This document shows, in pieces, positions 14,120 to 27,600 of a stretch of 64,000 bases of DNA (position 1 is its first letter; each line of letters opens with the position of its first letter). Location of the stretch: assembly GCA_030390025.1 (NCBI GenBank), contig CM059431.1, positions 136,588,001-136,652,000 on the forward strand. Direction: 5' to 3'. The DNA comes from Squalus acanthias. Lineage: Eukaryota. The notes under the pieces are model-generated. The model worked only from the letters and a program-made list of their open reading frames with translations. It did not search any database and had not been told where the DNA came from. A program made the position numbers and the translations under genes.

Positions 14120-15627
14120 ATTTTGCAACATTCCTTAGACTCTGGATCAGTTCCGATGGAGTGGAGGGTGGCCAATGTAACCCCTCTTTTTAAAAAAGGA
14201 GGGAGGGAGAAAGCAGGGAATTATAGACCGGTCAGCCTGACATCGGTCGTGGGTAAAATGATGGAAGCAATTATTAAAGATGTCATAACAGACCATTTTG
14301 AAAGTGGCGACATGATAGGTCCAAGTCAGCATGGATTTGTGAAAGGGAAATCATGCTTGACAAATCTTCTGGAATTTTTTGAGGATGTTTCCAATAGGGT
14401 GGACAGGGGGGAACCAGTAGATGTGGTGTATTTGGACTTTCAGAAGGCCTTCGACAAGGTCCCACACAAGAGTTTGGTGAGCAAAGTTAAAGCACATGGA
14501 ATTGGGGGTAATGTGTTGACGTGGATTGAGAACTGGTTGGCACACAGGAAACAAAGAGTAGGAGTAAATGGGTATTTTTCAGAATGGCAGGCAGTGACCA
14601 GCGGGGTACCGCAGGGTTCGGTGCTGGGACCCCAGCTGTTTACATTATATATTAATGATTTGGACGAAGGGATTAAATGTAATATCTCCAAATTTGCGGA
14701 TGACACTAAATTGGGAGGCAGTGTGAACAATGAGGAGGATGCTAGGAGGCTACAGAGTGACTTGGACAGGTTGGGTGAATGGGCAAATGTATGGCAGATG
14801 AAGTACAATGTGGATAAATGTGAGGTTATCCACTTTGGTGGTAAAAATAGAGAGGCGGACTATTACCTGAATGGTGGCAGATTAGGGAAAGGGGAGTTGC
14901 AACGAGACCTGGGCGTCATGGTACATCACTCACTGAAGGTGGGAATGCAAGTGCAGCAGGCAGTCAAGAAAGCAAACGGAATGATGGCCTTCATAGCAAG
15001 GGGATTTGAGTACAGGAGTAGGGAGGTGATGCTGCAGTTGTACAGGGCCTTGGTGAGGCCACACCTGGAGTATTGTGCGCAGTTTTGGTCTCCTAACTAA
15101 AGGAAGGACATTCTTGCTATTGAGGGAGTGCAGCGAAGGTTCACTAGATTGATTCCTGGGATGGCCGGACTGACATATCAAGAAAGATTGGGTCAACTGA
15201 ACTTGTATCCTCTGGAGTTCAGAAGAATGAGGGGGGATCTTATAGAGACATTTAAAATCCTGACTGGTTTAGACAAATTAGATGCGGGCAGAATGTTCCC
15301 AATGTTAGGGAAAACTAGAACCAGGGGTCACAGTCTAAGGATTAAGGGGAACCCATTTAAGACTGACCTGAGGAGGAACTTCTTCACCCAGAGAGTGGTG
15401 AATCTATGGAATTCTCTTCCACAGAAGGTTGTTGAGGCCAGTTCGCTAAATATATTCAAAAGGGAGTTAGATATAACACTCACAACAAGGGGGATCAAGG
15501 GGTATGGCGAGAAAGCAGGAATGGGGTACAGAGGTAGCATGTTCAGAAATGAACGCATTGAATGGCGGTGCAGGCTCGAAGGACCAAATGGTCCACTCCT
15601 GTACCTATTTTCTATGTTTCTATGTTT
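14120..15627 (+). mobile_element. 5'-truncated CR1-clade LINE, copy 3; defective
   Basis: Nearly identical to copies 1 and 2, with the same junctions and the same TAA (15098-15100). Confidence 0.96.
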
Positions 15628-18600
15628 TAACCGGGGACTGAAGAGTGAGACATGGAGAATGAACTGTCTCTAACCGGGGACTGAAGAGTGAGACATGAAG
15701 AATGAACTGTCTCTAACCGGGGACTGAAGAGCGAGACATGGAGAATGAACTGCCTCTAACCGGGGACTGAAGAGTGAGACATGGAGAATGAACTGTCTCT
15801 AACCGGGGACTGAAGAGTGAGACATGGAGAATGAACTGCCTCTAAGCGGAGACTGAAGAGCGCGACATGGAGAATGAATTGTCTGTCACCGGGGAAAGAT
15901 TAGCGAGACATGGAGAACGAACTGTCTCTCACCGGGGACTGAAGAGCGTGACATGGAGAATGAACTGTCTCTACCCGGGGACTGAAGAGCGAGATTTGGA
16001 GAATGAACTGTCTCTAACTGGGGACAGAAGAGTGAGAAATGGAGAATGAACTGTCCCTAACCGTGGACTGAAGAATGAGACATGGAGAATGAATGGTCTC
16101 TAACCGGGGACTGATGAGAGAGACATGGAGAATGAACTGTCTCCAACCGGGGAATGAAATGCAAGATATGTAGAATGAACTGTCTTTAACTGGGGATTGG
16201 AGAGTGAGACATGGAAAATGAACTGTCTCTAACTGGGGACAGAAGAGTGAGAAATGGAGAATGAACTGCCTCTAAATAGAGATTGAAGAGTGAGACATGG
16301 AGAATGAACTGTCTCTAACCGGGGACTCTTGGTCAAGACATGGAGAATGAAGTGCATCTAACCGTGGAATGAATAGTGAGACATTGAGAAGGAATTGTCT
16401 CTAACCGGGGACTGAAGAGCGAGACATGGAGAATGAACTGTCTCTAATCGGGGACTGAAGAGTGAGTCACGGAGAATGAACTGCCTCAAACCGGAGACTG
16501 AAGAGTGAGACATGGAGAATGAACTGTCTCTCAACGGGGACTGAAGAGCGAGACATGGAGAATGAACTGTCTCGAACCGGGGGCTGAAGAGAGAGAAACG
16601 GAGAATGAACTGTCTCTAACCGGGAAATGAAGTGCGAGACATGAAGAATGAACTGTCCCTAACCGTGGACTGAAGAATGAGACATGGAGAATGAATGGTC
16701 TCTATCCGGGGACTGATGAGAGAGACATGGAGAATGAACTGTCTCCAACCGGGGAATGAAATGCAAGATATGTAGAATGAACTGTCTTTAACTGGGGATT
16801 GGAGAGTGAGACATGGAAAATGAACTGTCTCTAACTGGGGACAGAAGAGTGAGAAATGGAGAATGAACTGCCTCTAACCGGAGATTGAAGAGTGAGACAT
16901 GGAGAATGAACTGTCTCTAACTGGGGACTGAAGAGCGAGACATGGAAAATGAACGTCCTCAATCCGGGGAATGAAGAGCGAGACATGGAGAATGAACTGT
17001 CTCTAACCGGGCACTGAAGAGCGAGACATGGAGGATGAATTGTCTCTTACTGGTGACTGAAGAGTAAGACATGGAGATTGATCTGCCTCAATCTGGGGAA
17101 TGAAGAGTGAGACATGGAGACTGAACTGTCTCTAACCAGAACTGAAGAGCGAGACATGGAGAATGAACTGCCTCTAACCATAAACTGATGAGCGAGACAT
17201 GGAGAACGAAATGTCTTTAACCTGGGACTGAAGAGTGAGACATGGAGAATGAACTGCCTCTAAGCGGACACTGAAGAGCGCGACATGGAGAATGAATTGT
17301 CTCTCACCGGGGAAAGATTAGCGAGACATGGAGAACGAACTGTCTCTCACCGGGGACTGTGAGCGTGACATGGAGAATGAACTGTCTCTACCCGGGGACT
17401 GAAGAGCGAGATTTGGAGAATGAACTGTCTCTAACTGGGGACAGAAGAGTGAGAAATGGAGAAAGAACTGCCTCTAACCGGAGATTGAAGAGTGAGACAT
17501 GGAGAATGACCTGTCTCTAACCGGTCACTGAAGAGCGAGACATGGAGGATGAATTGTCTCTTACTGGTGACTGAAGAGTAAGACATGGAGATTGATCTGC
17601 CTCAATCTGGGGAATGAAGAGTGAGACATGGAGACTGAACTGTCTCTAACCAGAACTGAAGAGCGAGACATGGAGAATGAACTGCCTCTAAACGTAAACT
17701 GAAGAGCGAGACATGAAGAATGAACTGCCTCTAACCGAGGGCTGAAGAGTGAGATCTGGAGAATGAACTGTCTCTAATCGGGGACTGAAAAGTGAGTCAT
17801 GGAGAATGAACTGCCTCAATCCGGGGAATGAAGAGTGAGACATGGAGACTGAACTGTCTCTAACCGGGGACTGATGAGCGAGACATGGAGAATGAACTGC
17901 CTCTAACCGTAAACTGAAGAGCGAGACATGGAGAATGAACTGTCTCTAACCGGGGGCTGAAGAGAGAAGACATGGAGAATGAACTGTCTCTAACCGTGGG
18001 CTGAAGAGTGAGACATTGAGAATGAACTGCCTCCAACTGGGGAATGAAGAGCGAGACATGGAGAATGAACTGTCTCAAACCGGGGACTGAAGAGTGAGAC
18101 ATGGAGAATGAACTGTCTCTAACCGGGGACTGAGGGCCAAGACATGGAGAATGAAGTGCATCTAACCGTGGAATGAATAGTGAGACATTGAGAAGGAATT
18201 GTCTCTAACCGGGGACTGAAGAGCGAGACATGGAGAATGAACTGTCTCTAATCGGGGACTGAAGAGTGAGTCACGGAGAATGAACTGCCTCAAACCGGGG
18301 ACTGAAGAGTGAGACATGGAGAATGAACTGTCTCTCAACGGGGACTGAAGAGCGAGACATGGAGAATGAACTGTCTCTAACCGGGGGCTGAAGAGAGAGA
18401 AACGGAGAATGAACTGTCTCTAACCGGGAAATGAAGTGCGAGACATGAAGAATGAACTGTCCCTAACGGTGGACTGAAGAATGAGACATGGAGAATGAAT
18501 GGTCTCTAACCGGAGACTGATGAGAGAGACATGGAGAATGAACTGTCTCCAACCGGGGAATGAAATGCAAGATATGTAGAATGAACTGTCTTTAACTGGG

Positions 18601-21600
18601 GATTGGAGAGTGAAACATGGAAAATGAACTGTCTCTAACTGGGGACAGAAGAGTGAGAAATGGAGAATGAACTGCCTCTAACCGGAGATTGAAGAGCGAG
18701 ACATGGAGAATGAACTGTCTCTAACCAGAATTGAAGAGCGAGACATGGAGAATGTACTGCCTCTAACCGTAAACTGAAGAGCGAGACATGAAGAATGAAC
18801 TGCCTCTAACCGGGGGCTGAAGAGTGCGATATTGAGAATGAACTGTCTCTAATCGGGGACTGAAGAGTGAGTCATGGAGAATGAACTGTCCCAAACCGGG
18901 GACTGAAGACTGATACATGGAGAATGAACTGCCTCTAACCGGGGACTGATGAGCGAGACATGGAGAATGAACTGCCTCTAACCGTAAACTGAAGAGCGAT
19001 ACATGGATAATGAACTGCCACTTACCATAAACTGATGAGCGAGACATGGAGAATGAATTGTCTCTAACCGGGGGCTGAAGAGAGAGACATAGAGAATGAA
19101 CTGTCTCTAACCGTGGGCTGAAGAGTGAGACATTGAGAATGAACTGCCTCTAACTGGGGAATGAAGAGCGAGACATGGAGAATGAACTGTCTCAAACTGG
19201 GGACTGAAGAGTGAGACATGGAGAATGAACTGTCTCTAAGCGGGGACTGAGGGCCAAGACATGGAGAATGAACTGCCTCTAACCATAGAATGAATAGTGA
19301 GACATTGAGAAGGAATTGTCTCTAACCGGGGACTGAAGAGCGAGACATGGAGAATGAACTGTCTCTAATCGGGGACTGAAGAGTGAGTCATGGAGAATGA
19401 ACTGCCTCAAACCGGGGACTGAAGAGTGAGACATGGAGAATGAACTGTCTCTCAATGGGAACTGAAGAGCGAGACATGGAGAATGAACTGACTCTAACCG
19501 GGGGCTGAAGAGTGAGAAACGGAGAATGAACTGTCTCTAACAGCGAAATGAAGTGCGAGCCATGAAGAATGAACTGTCCCTAACCGGCGACTGAAGAATG
19601 AGACATGGAGAATGAACGGTCTCTAACCGGGGACTGATGAGAGAGACATGGAGAATGAACTGTCTCCAACCGGGGAATGAAATACAAGATATGTAGAATG
19701 AACTGTCTTTAACTGGGAATGAAGAGTGCGACATGGAGAATGAGCTTTCTTTAATCGGGGATTGAAGTGTGAGACATGGAGAATGAACTGTCTCTAACTG
19801 GGGGCTGAAGGGTGAGACATGGAGAATGATCTGCCTCAATCCGGGGAATGAAGAGTGAGACATGGAGAATGAACTGTCTCTAACCGTAAACTGAAGAGCG
19901 AGACATGGAGAATGAACTGCCTCTAACCATAAACTGATGAGCGAGACATGGAGAATGAATTGTCTTTAAACGGTGGCTGAAGAGAGAGACATGGAGAATG
20001 AACTGCCTCTAATCGGGGACTGAAGAGCGCGACATTGAGAATGAACTGCCTCTAACTGGGGAATTAAGACCGAGACATGGAGAATGAACTGCCTCTAACC
20101 GGGGAAGGAAGAGTGTGACATGGAGAATGAACTGCCTCTAACCGTGGAATGATTAGTGAGACATTGAGAAGGAACTGTCTCTAACCGGGGACTGAAGAGC
20201 GAGACATGGAGAATGAACTGTCTCTAACTGGGGACTGAAGAGTGAGACATGGAGAATGAACTGTCTCTAACTGGGGACTGAAGAGTGAGACATGGAGAAT
20301 GAACTGCCTCTAACCGGGGACTGAAGAGCGAGACATGGAGAATGAACTGTCTCTAACTGGGGACAGAAGCGTGAGACATGGAGAATGAACTGCCTTTAAC
20401 CAGGAATGAAGAGTGAGACATGGAGAATGAACTGCCTCTAACTGGGGAATGAAGAGCGAGACATGGAGAATGAACTGCCTCTATCCGGGGAATGACGAGC
20501 GAGACATGGAGAATGAACTGCCTCTCTCCGGGGACTGAAGAGTGCGATATGGAAAATGAACTGCCTCTAATCGGGGACAGAAGAGCGAGACATGGAGAAT
20601 GAACTGTCTCTAACCAGAAACTGAAAAGTCAGACATGGAGAATGAGCTGTCTCTAACCGGGGAATGAAGAGCAAGACATGGAGAATGAATTGCCTCTAAC
20701 TGGGGAATGAAGAGTGAGATATGGAGAATGAAATGTCTCTAACTGTGGAATGAAGAGCGAGACATGGAGAATGAACTGCCTCTAACTGGGGAGTGAAGAG
20801 AGAGACATGACGAATGAACTTCCTCTAACAGCGGAGTGAAGAGCAAGACATGGAAAATGAACAGCCTCGAACCGGGCAATGAAGAGTGAGACATGGAGAA
20901 TGAACTGCCTCTAACCGGGGAATGAAGAGTGAGACATGGAGAATGAACTGCCTCTAACCGCGGACTGAAGAGCAAGACATGGAGAATGAACTGTCTCTAA
21001 CCGTGGACGGATGAGTGAAAAATGGAGAACGAACTGTCTCTAACAGGGGACTGAAGAGTGAGACATGGATAATGAACTATCTCTAACCGGGGGATGAAGA
21101 GCGAGACATGGAGAATGAGCTGCCTCTGTACGGGGACTGAAGAGTGAGACATGCAGAATGAACATCCTTCAGCCAGGGAATGAAGAACTAGACATGGAGA
21201 ATGAATTGCCTCTGAACGGGGTATGAAGAGTGAGACAGTCAGAATGAATAGCCTTTTGCCAGGGAATGAAGAAATAGACGTGGAGAATGAACTGCCTCTA
21301 ACTGGGGACTGAAGAGCGAGACATGGAGATTAAATTGCCTGTAATTGGGGACAGAGGAGCGAGAAATGGAGTATTAACTGTCTCTAACTGGTGTCTGAAT
21401 AGTGAAACATGGAGAACGAACTTCCTCTAAGTGGTGACCGAAGAGCGTGACACGTGAAATCAATTGTCTATGCGGGGAATGAAGACAGTGACATGGAGAA
21501 TGAACTGTCTCGAACCAGGTACGGAAGAGTAGAGACATGGAGAATGAATTGCATCCAACCCGGGACTAGAGAGTGAGACAAAGTGCATGAACTGCTTCTA

Positions 21601-24600
21601 ACTGGGGAACGAAGTGCGAGACATGGAGAATGAACTGACTCTAACTGTGGAATGAAGAGCGAGACATGGAGAATGAACTGTGTCTAACCGGGGACTGAAG
21701 AGCGAGACATGAAGAATGAACTGTGTCTAACCGGGGACTGAAGAATGAGACATGGAGAATGAACTGCCTCAATCCGGGGAATGAAGAGTGAGACATGGAG
21801 AATGAACTGTCTCTAACCGTAAACTGAAGAGCGAGACATGGAGAATGAACTGCCTCTAACCATAAACTGATGAGCGAGACATGGAGAATGAATTGTCTTT
21901 AACCGGGGACTGAAGAGTGAGACATGGAGAATGAACTGCCTCTAAGCGGAGACTGAAGAGCGCGACATGGAGAATGAATTGTCTCTCACCGGGGAAAGAT
22001 TAGCGAGACATGGAGAACGAACTGTCTCTCACCGGGGACTGAAGAGCGTGACATGGAGAATGAACTGTCTCTACCCGGGGACTGAAGAGCGAGATTTGGA
22101 GAATGAACTGTCTCTAACTGGGGACAGAAGAGTGAGAAATGGAGAATGAACTGCCTCTAACCGGAGATTGAAGAGTGAGACATGGAGAATGAACTGTCTC
22201 TAACCGGTCACTGAAGAGCGAGACATGGAGGATGAATTGTCTCTTACTGGTGACTGAAGAGTAAGACATGGAGATTGATCTGCCTCAATCTGGGGAATGA
22301 AGAGTGAGACATGGAGACTGAACTGTCTCTAACCAGAACTGAAGAGCGAGACATGGAGAATGAATTGCCTCTAACCGTAAACTGAAGAGCGAGACATGAA
22401 GAATGAACTGCCTCTAACCGTAGAATGAATAGTGAGACATTGAGAAGGAATTGTCTCTAACCGGGGACTGAAGAGTGAGTCATGGAGAATGAACTGCCTC
22501 AAACCGGGGACTGAAGAGTGAGACATGGAGAATGAACTGTCTCTCAATGGGAACTGAAGAGCGAGACATGGAGAATGAACTGTCTCTAACCGGGGGCTGA
22601 AGAGTGAGAAACGGAGAATGAACTGTCTCTAACAGGGAAATGAAGTGCGAGCCATGAAGAATGAACTGTCCCTAACCGGGGACTGAAGAATGAGACATGG
22701 AGAATGATCTGCCTCAATCCGGGGAATGAAGAGTGAGACATGGAGAATGAACTGTCTCTAACCGTAAACTGAAGAGCGAGACATGGAGAATGAACTGCCT
22801 CTAACCATAAACTGATGAGCGAGACATGGAGAATGAATTGTCTTTAACCGGGGACTGAAGAGTGAGACATGGAGAATGAACTGCCTCTAAGCGGAGACTG
22901 AAGAGCGTGACATGGAGAATGAATTGTCTCTCACCGGGGAAAGATTAGCGAGACATGGAGAACGAACTGTCTCTCACCGGGGACTGAAGAGCGTGACATG
23001 GAGAATGAACTGTCTCTACCCGGGGACTGAAGAGCGAGATTTGGAGAATGAACTGTCTCTAACTGGGGACAGAAGAGTGTGAAATGGAGAATGAACTGCC
23101 TCTAACCGGAGATTGAAGAGTGAGACATGGAGAATGAACTGTCTCTAACCGGTCACTGAAGAGCGAGACATGGAGGATGAATTGTCTCTTACTGGTGACT
23201 GAAGAGTAAGACATGGAGATTGATCTGCCTCAATCTGGGGAATGAAGAGTGAGACATGGAGACTGAACTGTCTCTAACCAGAACTGAAGAGCGAGACATG
23301 GAGAATGAACTGCCTCTAACCGTAAACTGAAGAGCGAGACATGAAGAATGAACTGCCTCTAACCGTGGACTGAAGAGTGAGACATGGAGAATGAACTGCC
23401 TCTAACCGGGGGCTGAAGAGTGAGATCTGGAGAATGAACTGTCTCTAATCGGGGACTGAAAAGTGAGTCATGGAGAATGAACTGCCTCAATCCGGGGAAT
23501 GAAGAGTGAGACATGGAGACTGAACTGTCTCTAACCGGGGACTGATGAGCGAGACATGGAGAATGAACTGCCTCTAACCGTAAACTGAAGAGCGAGACAT
23601 GGAGAATGAACTGCCACTAACCATAAACTGATGAGCGAGACATGGAGAATGAATTGTCTCTAACCGGTGGCTGAAGAGAGAAGACATGGAGAAAGAACTG
23701 TCTCTAACCGTGGGCTGAAGAGTGAGACATTGAGAATGAACTGCCCCTAACTGGGGAATGAAGAGCGAGACATGGAGAATGAACTGTCTCAAACTGGGGA
23801 CTGAAGAGTGAGACATGGAGAATGAACTGTCTCTAAGCGGAGACTGAGGGCCAAGACATGGAGAATGAACTGCCTCTAACCGTAGAATGAATAGTGAGAC
23901 ATTGAGAAGGAATTGTCTCTAACCGGGGACTGAAGAGTGAGTCATGGAGAATGAACTGCCTCAAACCGGGGACTGAAGAGTGAGACATGGAGAATGAACT
24001 GTCTCTCAATGGGAACTGAAGAGCGAGACATGGAGAATGAACTGTCTCTAACCGGGGGCTGAAGAGTGAGAAACGGAGAATGAACTGTCTCTAACAGGGA
24101 AATGAAGTGCGAGCCATGAAGAATGAACTGTCCCTAACCGGGGACTGAAGAATGAGACATGGAGAATGATCTGCCTCAATCCGGGGAATGAAGAGTGAGA
24201 CATGGAGAATGAACTGTCTCTAACCGTAAACTGAAGAGCGAGACATGGAGAATGAACTGCCTCTAACCATAAACTGATGAGCGAGACATGGAGAATGAAT
24301 TGTCTTTAACCGGGGACTGAAGAGTGAGACATGGAGAATGAACTGCCTCTAAGCGGAGACTGAAGAGTGAGACATGGAGAATGAATTGTCTCTCACCGGG
24401 GAAAGATTAGCGAGACATGGAGAACGAACTGTCTCTCACCGGGGACTGAAGAGCGTGACATGGAGAATGAACTGTCTCTACCCGGGGACTGAAGAGCGAG
24501 ATTTGGAGAATGAACTGTCTCTAACTGGGGACAGAAGAGTGAGAAATGGAGAATGAACTGCCTCTAACCGGAGATTGAAGAGTGAGACATGGAGAATGAA

Positions 24601-27600
24601 CTGTCTCTAACCGGTCACTGAAGAGCGAGACATGGAGGATGAATTGTCTCTTACTGGTGACTGAAGAGTAAGACATGGAGATTGATCTGCCTCAATCTGG
24701 GGAATGAAGAGTGAGACATGGAGACTGAACTGTCTCTAACCAGAACTGAAGAGCGAGACATGGAGAATGAACTGCCTCTAACCGTAAACTGAAGAGCGAG
24801 ACATGAAGAATGAACTGCCTCTAACCGTAGAATGAATAGTGAGACATTGAGAAGGAATTGTCTCTAACCGGGGACTGAAGAGTGAGTCATGGAGAATGAA
24901 CTGCCTCAAACCGGGGACTGAAGAGTGAGACATGGAGAATGAACTGTCTCTCAATGGGAACTGAAGAGCGAGACATGGAGAATGAACTGTCTCTAACCGG
25001 GGGCTGAAGAGTGAGAAACGGAGAATGAACTGTCTCTAACAGGGAAATGAAGTGCGAGCCATGAAGAATGAACTGTCCCTAACCGGGGACTGAAGAATGA
25101 GACATGGAGAATGATCTGCCTCAATCCGGGGAATGAAGAGTGAGACATGGAGAATGAACTGTCTCTAACCGTAAACTGAAGAGCGAGACATGGAGAATGA
25201 ACTGCCTCTAACCATAAACTGATGAGCGAGACATGGAGAATGAATTGTCTTTAACCGGGGACTGAAGAGTGAGACATGGAGAATGAACTGCCTCTAAGCG
25301 GAGACTGAAGAGCGTGACATGGAGAATGAATTGTCTCTCACCGGGGAAAGATTAGCGAGACATGGAGAACGAACTGTCTCTCACCGGGGACTGAAGAGCG
25401 TGACATGGAGAATGAACTGTCTCTACCCGGGGACTGAAGAGCGAGATTTGGAGAATGAACTGTCTCTAACTGGGGACAGAAGAGTGAGAAATGGAGAATG
25501 AACTGCCTCTAACCGGAGATTGAAGAGTGAGACATGGAGAATGAACTGTCTCTAACCGGTCACTGAAGAGCGAGACATGGAGGGTGAATTGTCTCTTACT
25601 GGTGACTGAAGAGTAAGACATGGAGATTGATCTGCCTCAATCTGGGGAATGAAGAGTGAGACATGGAGACTGAACAGTCTCTAACCAGAACTGAAGAGCG
25701 AGACATGGAGAATGAACTGCCTCTAACCGTAAACTGAAGAGCGAGCCATGAAGAATGAACTGCCTCTAACCGTGGACTGAAGAGTGAGACATGGAGAATG
25801 AACTGCCTCTAACCGGGGGCTGAAGAGTGAGATCTGGAGAATGAACTGTCTCTAATCGGGGACTGAAAAGTGAGTCATGGAGAATGAACTGCCTCAATCC
25901 GGGGAATGAAGAGTGAGACATGGAGACTGAACTGTCTCTAACCGGGGACTGATGAGCGAGACATGGAGAATGAACTGCCTCTAACCGTAAACTGAAGAGC
26001 GAGACATGGAGAATGAACTGCCACTAACCATAAACTGATGAGCGAGACATGGAGAATGAATTGTCTCTAACCGGTGGCTGAAGAGAGAAGACATGGAGAA
26101 AGAACTGTCTCTAACCGTGGGCTGAAGAGTGAGACATTGAGAATGAACTGCCCCTAACTGGGGAATGAAGAGCGAGACATGGAGAATGAACTGTCTCAAA
26201 CTGGGGACTGAAGAGTGAGACATGGAGAATGAACTGTCTCTAAGCGGAGACTGAGGGCCAAGACATGGAGAATGAACTGCCTCTAACCGTAGAATGAATA
26301 GTGAGACATTGAGAAGGAATTGTCTCTAACCGGCGACTGAAGAGTGAGTCATGGAGAATGAACTGCCTCAAACCGGGGACTGAAGAGTGAGACATGGAGA
26401 ATGAACTGTCTCTCAATGGGAACTGAAGAGCGAGACATGGAGAATGAACTGTCTCTAACCGGGGGCTGAAGAGTGAGAAACGTAGAATGAACTGTCTCTA
26501 ACAGGGAAATGAAGTGCGAGCCATGAAGAATGAACTGTCCCTAACCGGGGACTGAAGAATGAGACATGGAGAATGATCTGCCTCAATCCGGGGAATGAAG
26601 AGTGAGACATGGAGAATGAACTGTCTCTAACCGTAGACTGAAGAGCGAGACATGGAGAATGAACTGCCTCTAACCATAAACTGATGAGCGAGACATGGAG
26701 AATGAATTGTCTTTAACCGGGGACTGAAGAGTGAGACATGGAGAATGAACTGCCTCTAAGCGGAGACTGAAGAGCGTGACATGGAGAATGAATTGTCTCT
26801 CACCGGGGAAAGATTAGCGAGACATGGAGAACGAACTGTCTCTCACCGGGGACTGAAGAGCGTGACATGGAGAATGAACTGTCTCTACCCGGGGACTGAA
26901 GAGCGAGATTTGGAGAATGAACTGTCTCTAACTGGGGACAGAAGAGTGAGAAATGGAGAATGAACTGCCTCTAACCGGAGATTGAAGAGTGAGACATGGA
27001 GAATGAACTGTCTCTAACCGGGCACTGAAGAGCGAGATATGGAGGATGAATTGTCTCTTACTGGTGACTGAAGAGTAAGACATGGAGATTGATCTGCCTC
27101 AATCTGGGGAATGAAGAGTGAGACATGGAGACTGAACTGTCTCTAACCAGAACTGAAGAGCGAGACATGGAGAATGAACTGCCTCTAACCGTAAACTGAA
27201 GAGCGAGACGTGAAGAATGAACTGCCTCTAACCGTGGACTGAAGAGTGAGACATGGAGAATGAACTGCCTCTAACCGGGGGCTGAAGAGTGAGATCTGGA
27301 GAATGAACTGTCTCTAATCGGGGACTGAAAAGTGAGTCATGGAGAATGAACTGCCTTAATCCGGGGAATGAAGAGTGAGACATGGAGACTGAACTTTCTC
27401 TAACCGGGGACTGATGAGCGAGACATGGAGAATGAACTGCCTCTAACCGTAAACTGAAGAGCGAGACATGGAGAATGAACTGCCACTAACCATAAACTGA
27501 TGAGCGAGACATGGAGAATGAATTGTCTCTAACCGGGGGCTGAAGAGAGAAGACATGGAGAATGAACTGTCTCTAACCGTGGGCTGAAGAGTGAGACATT

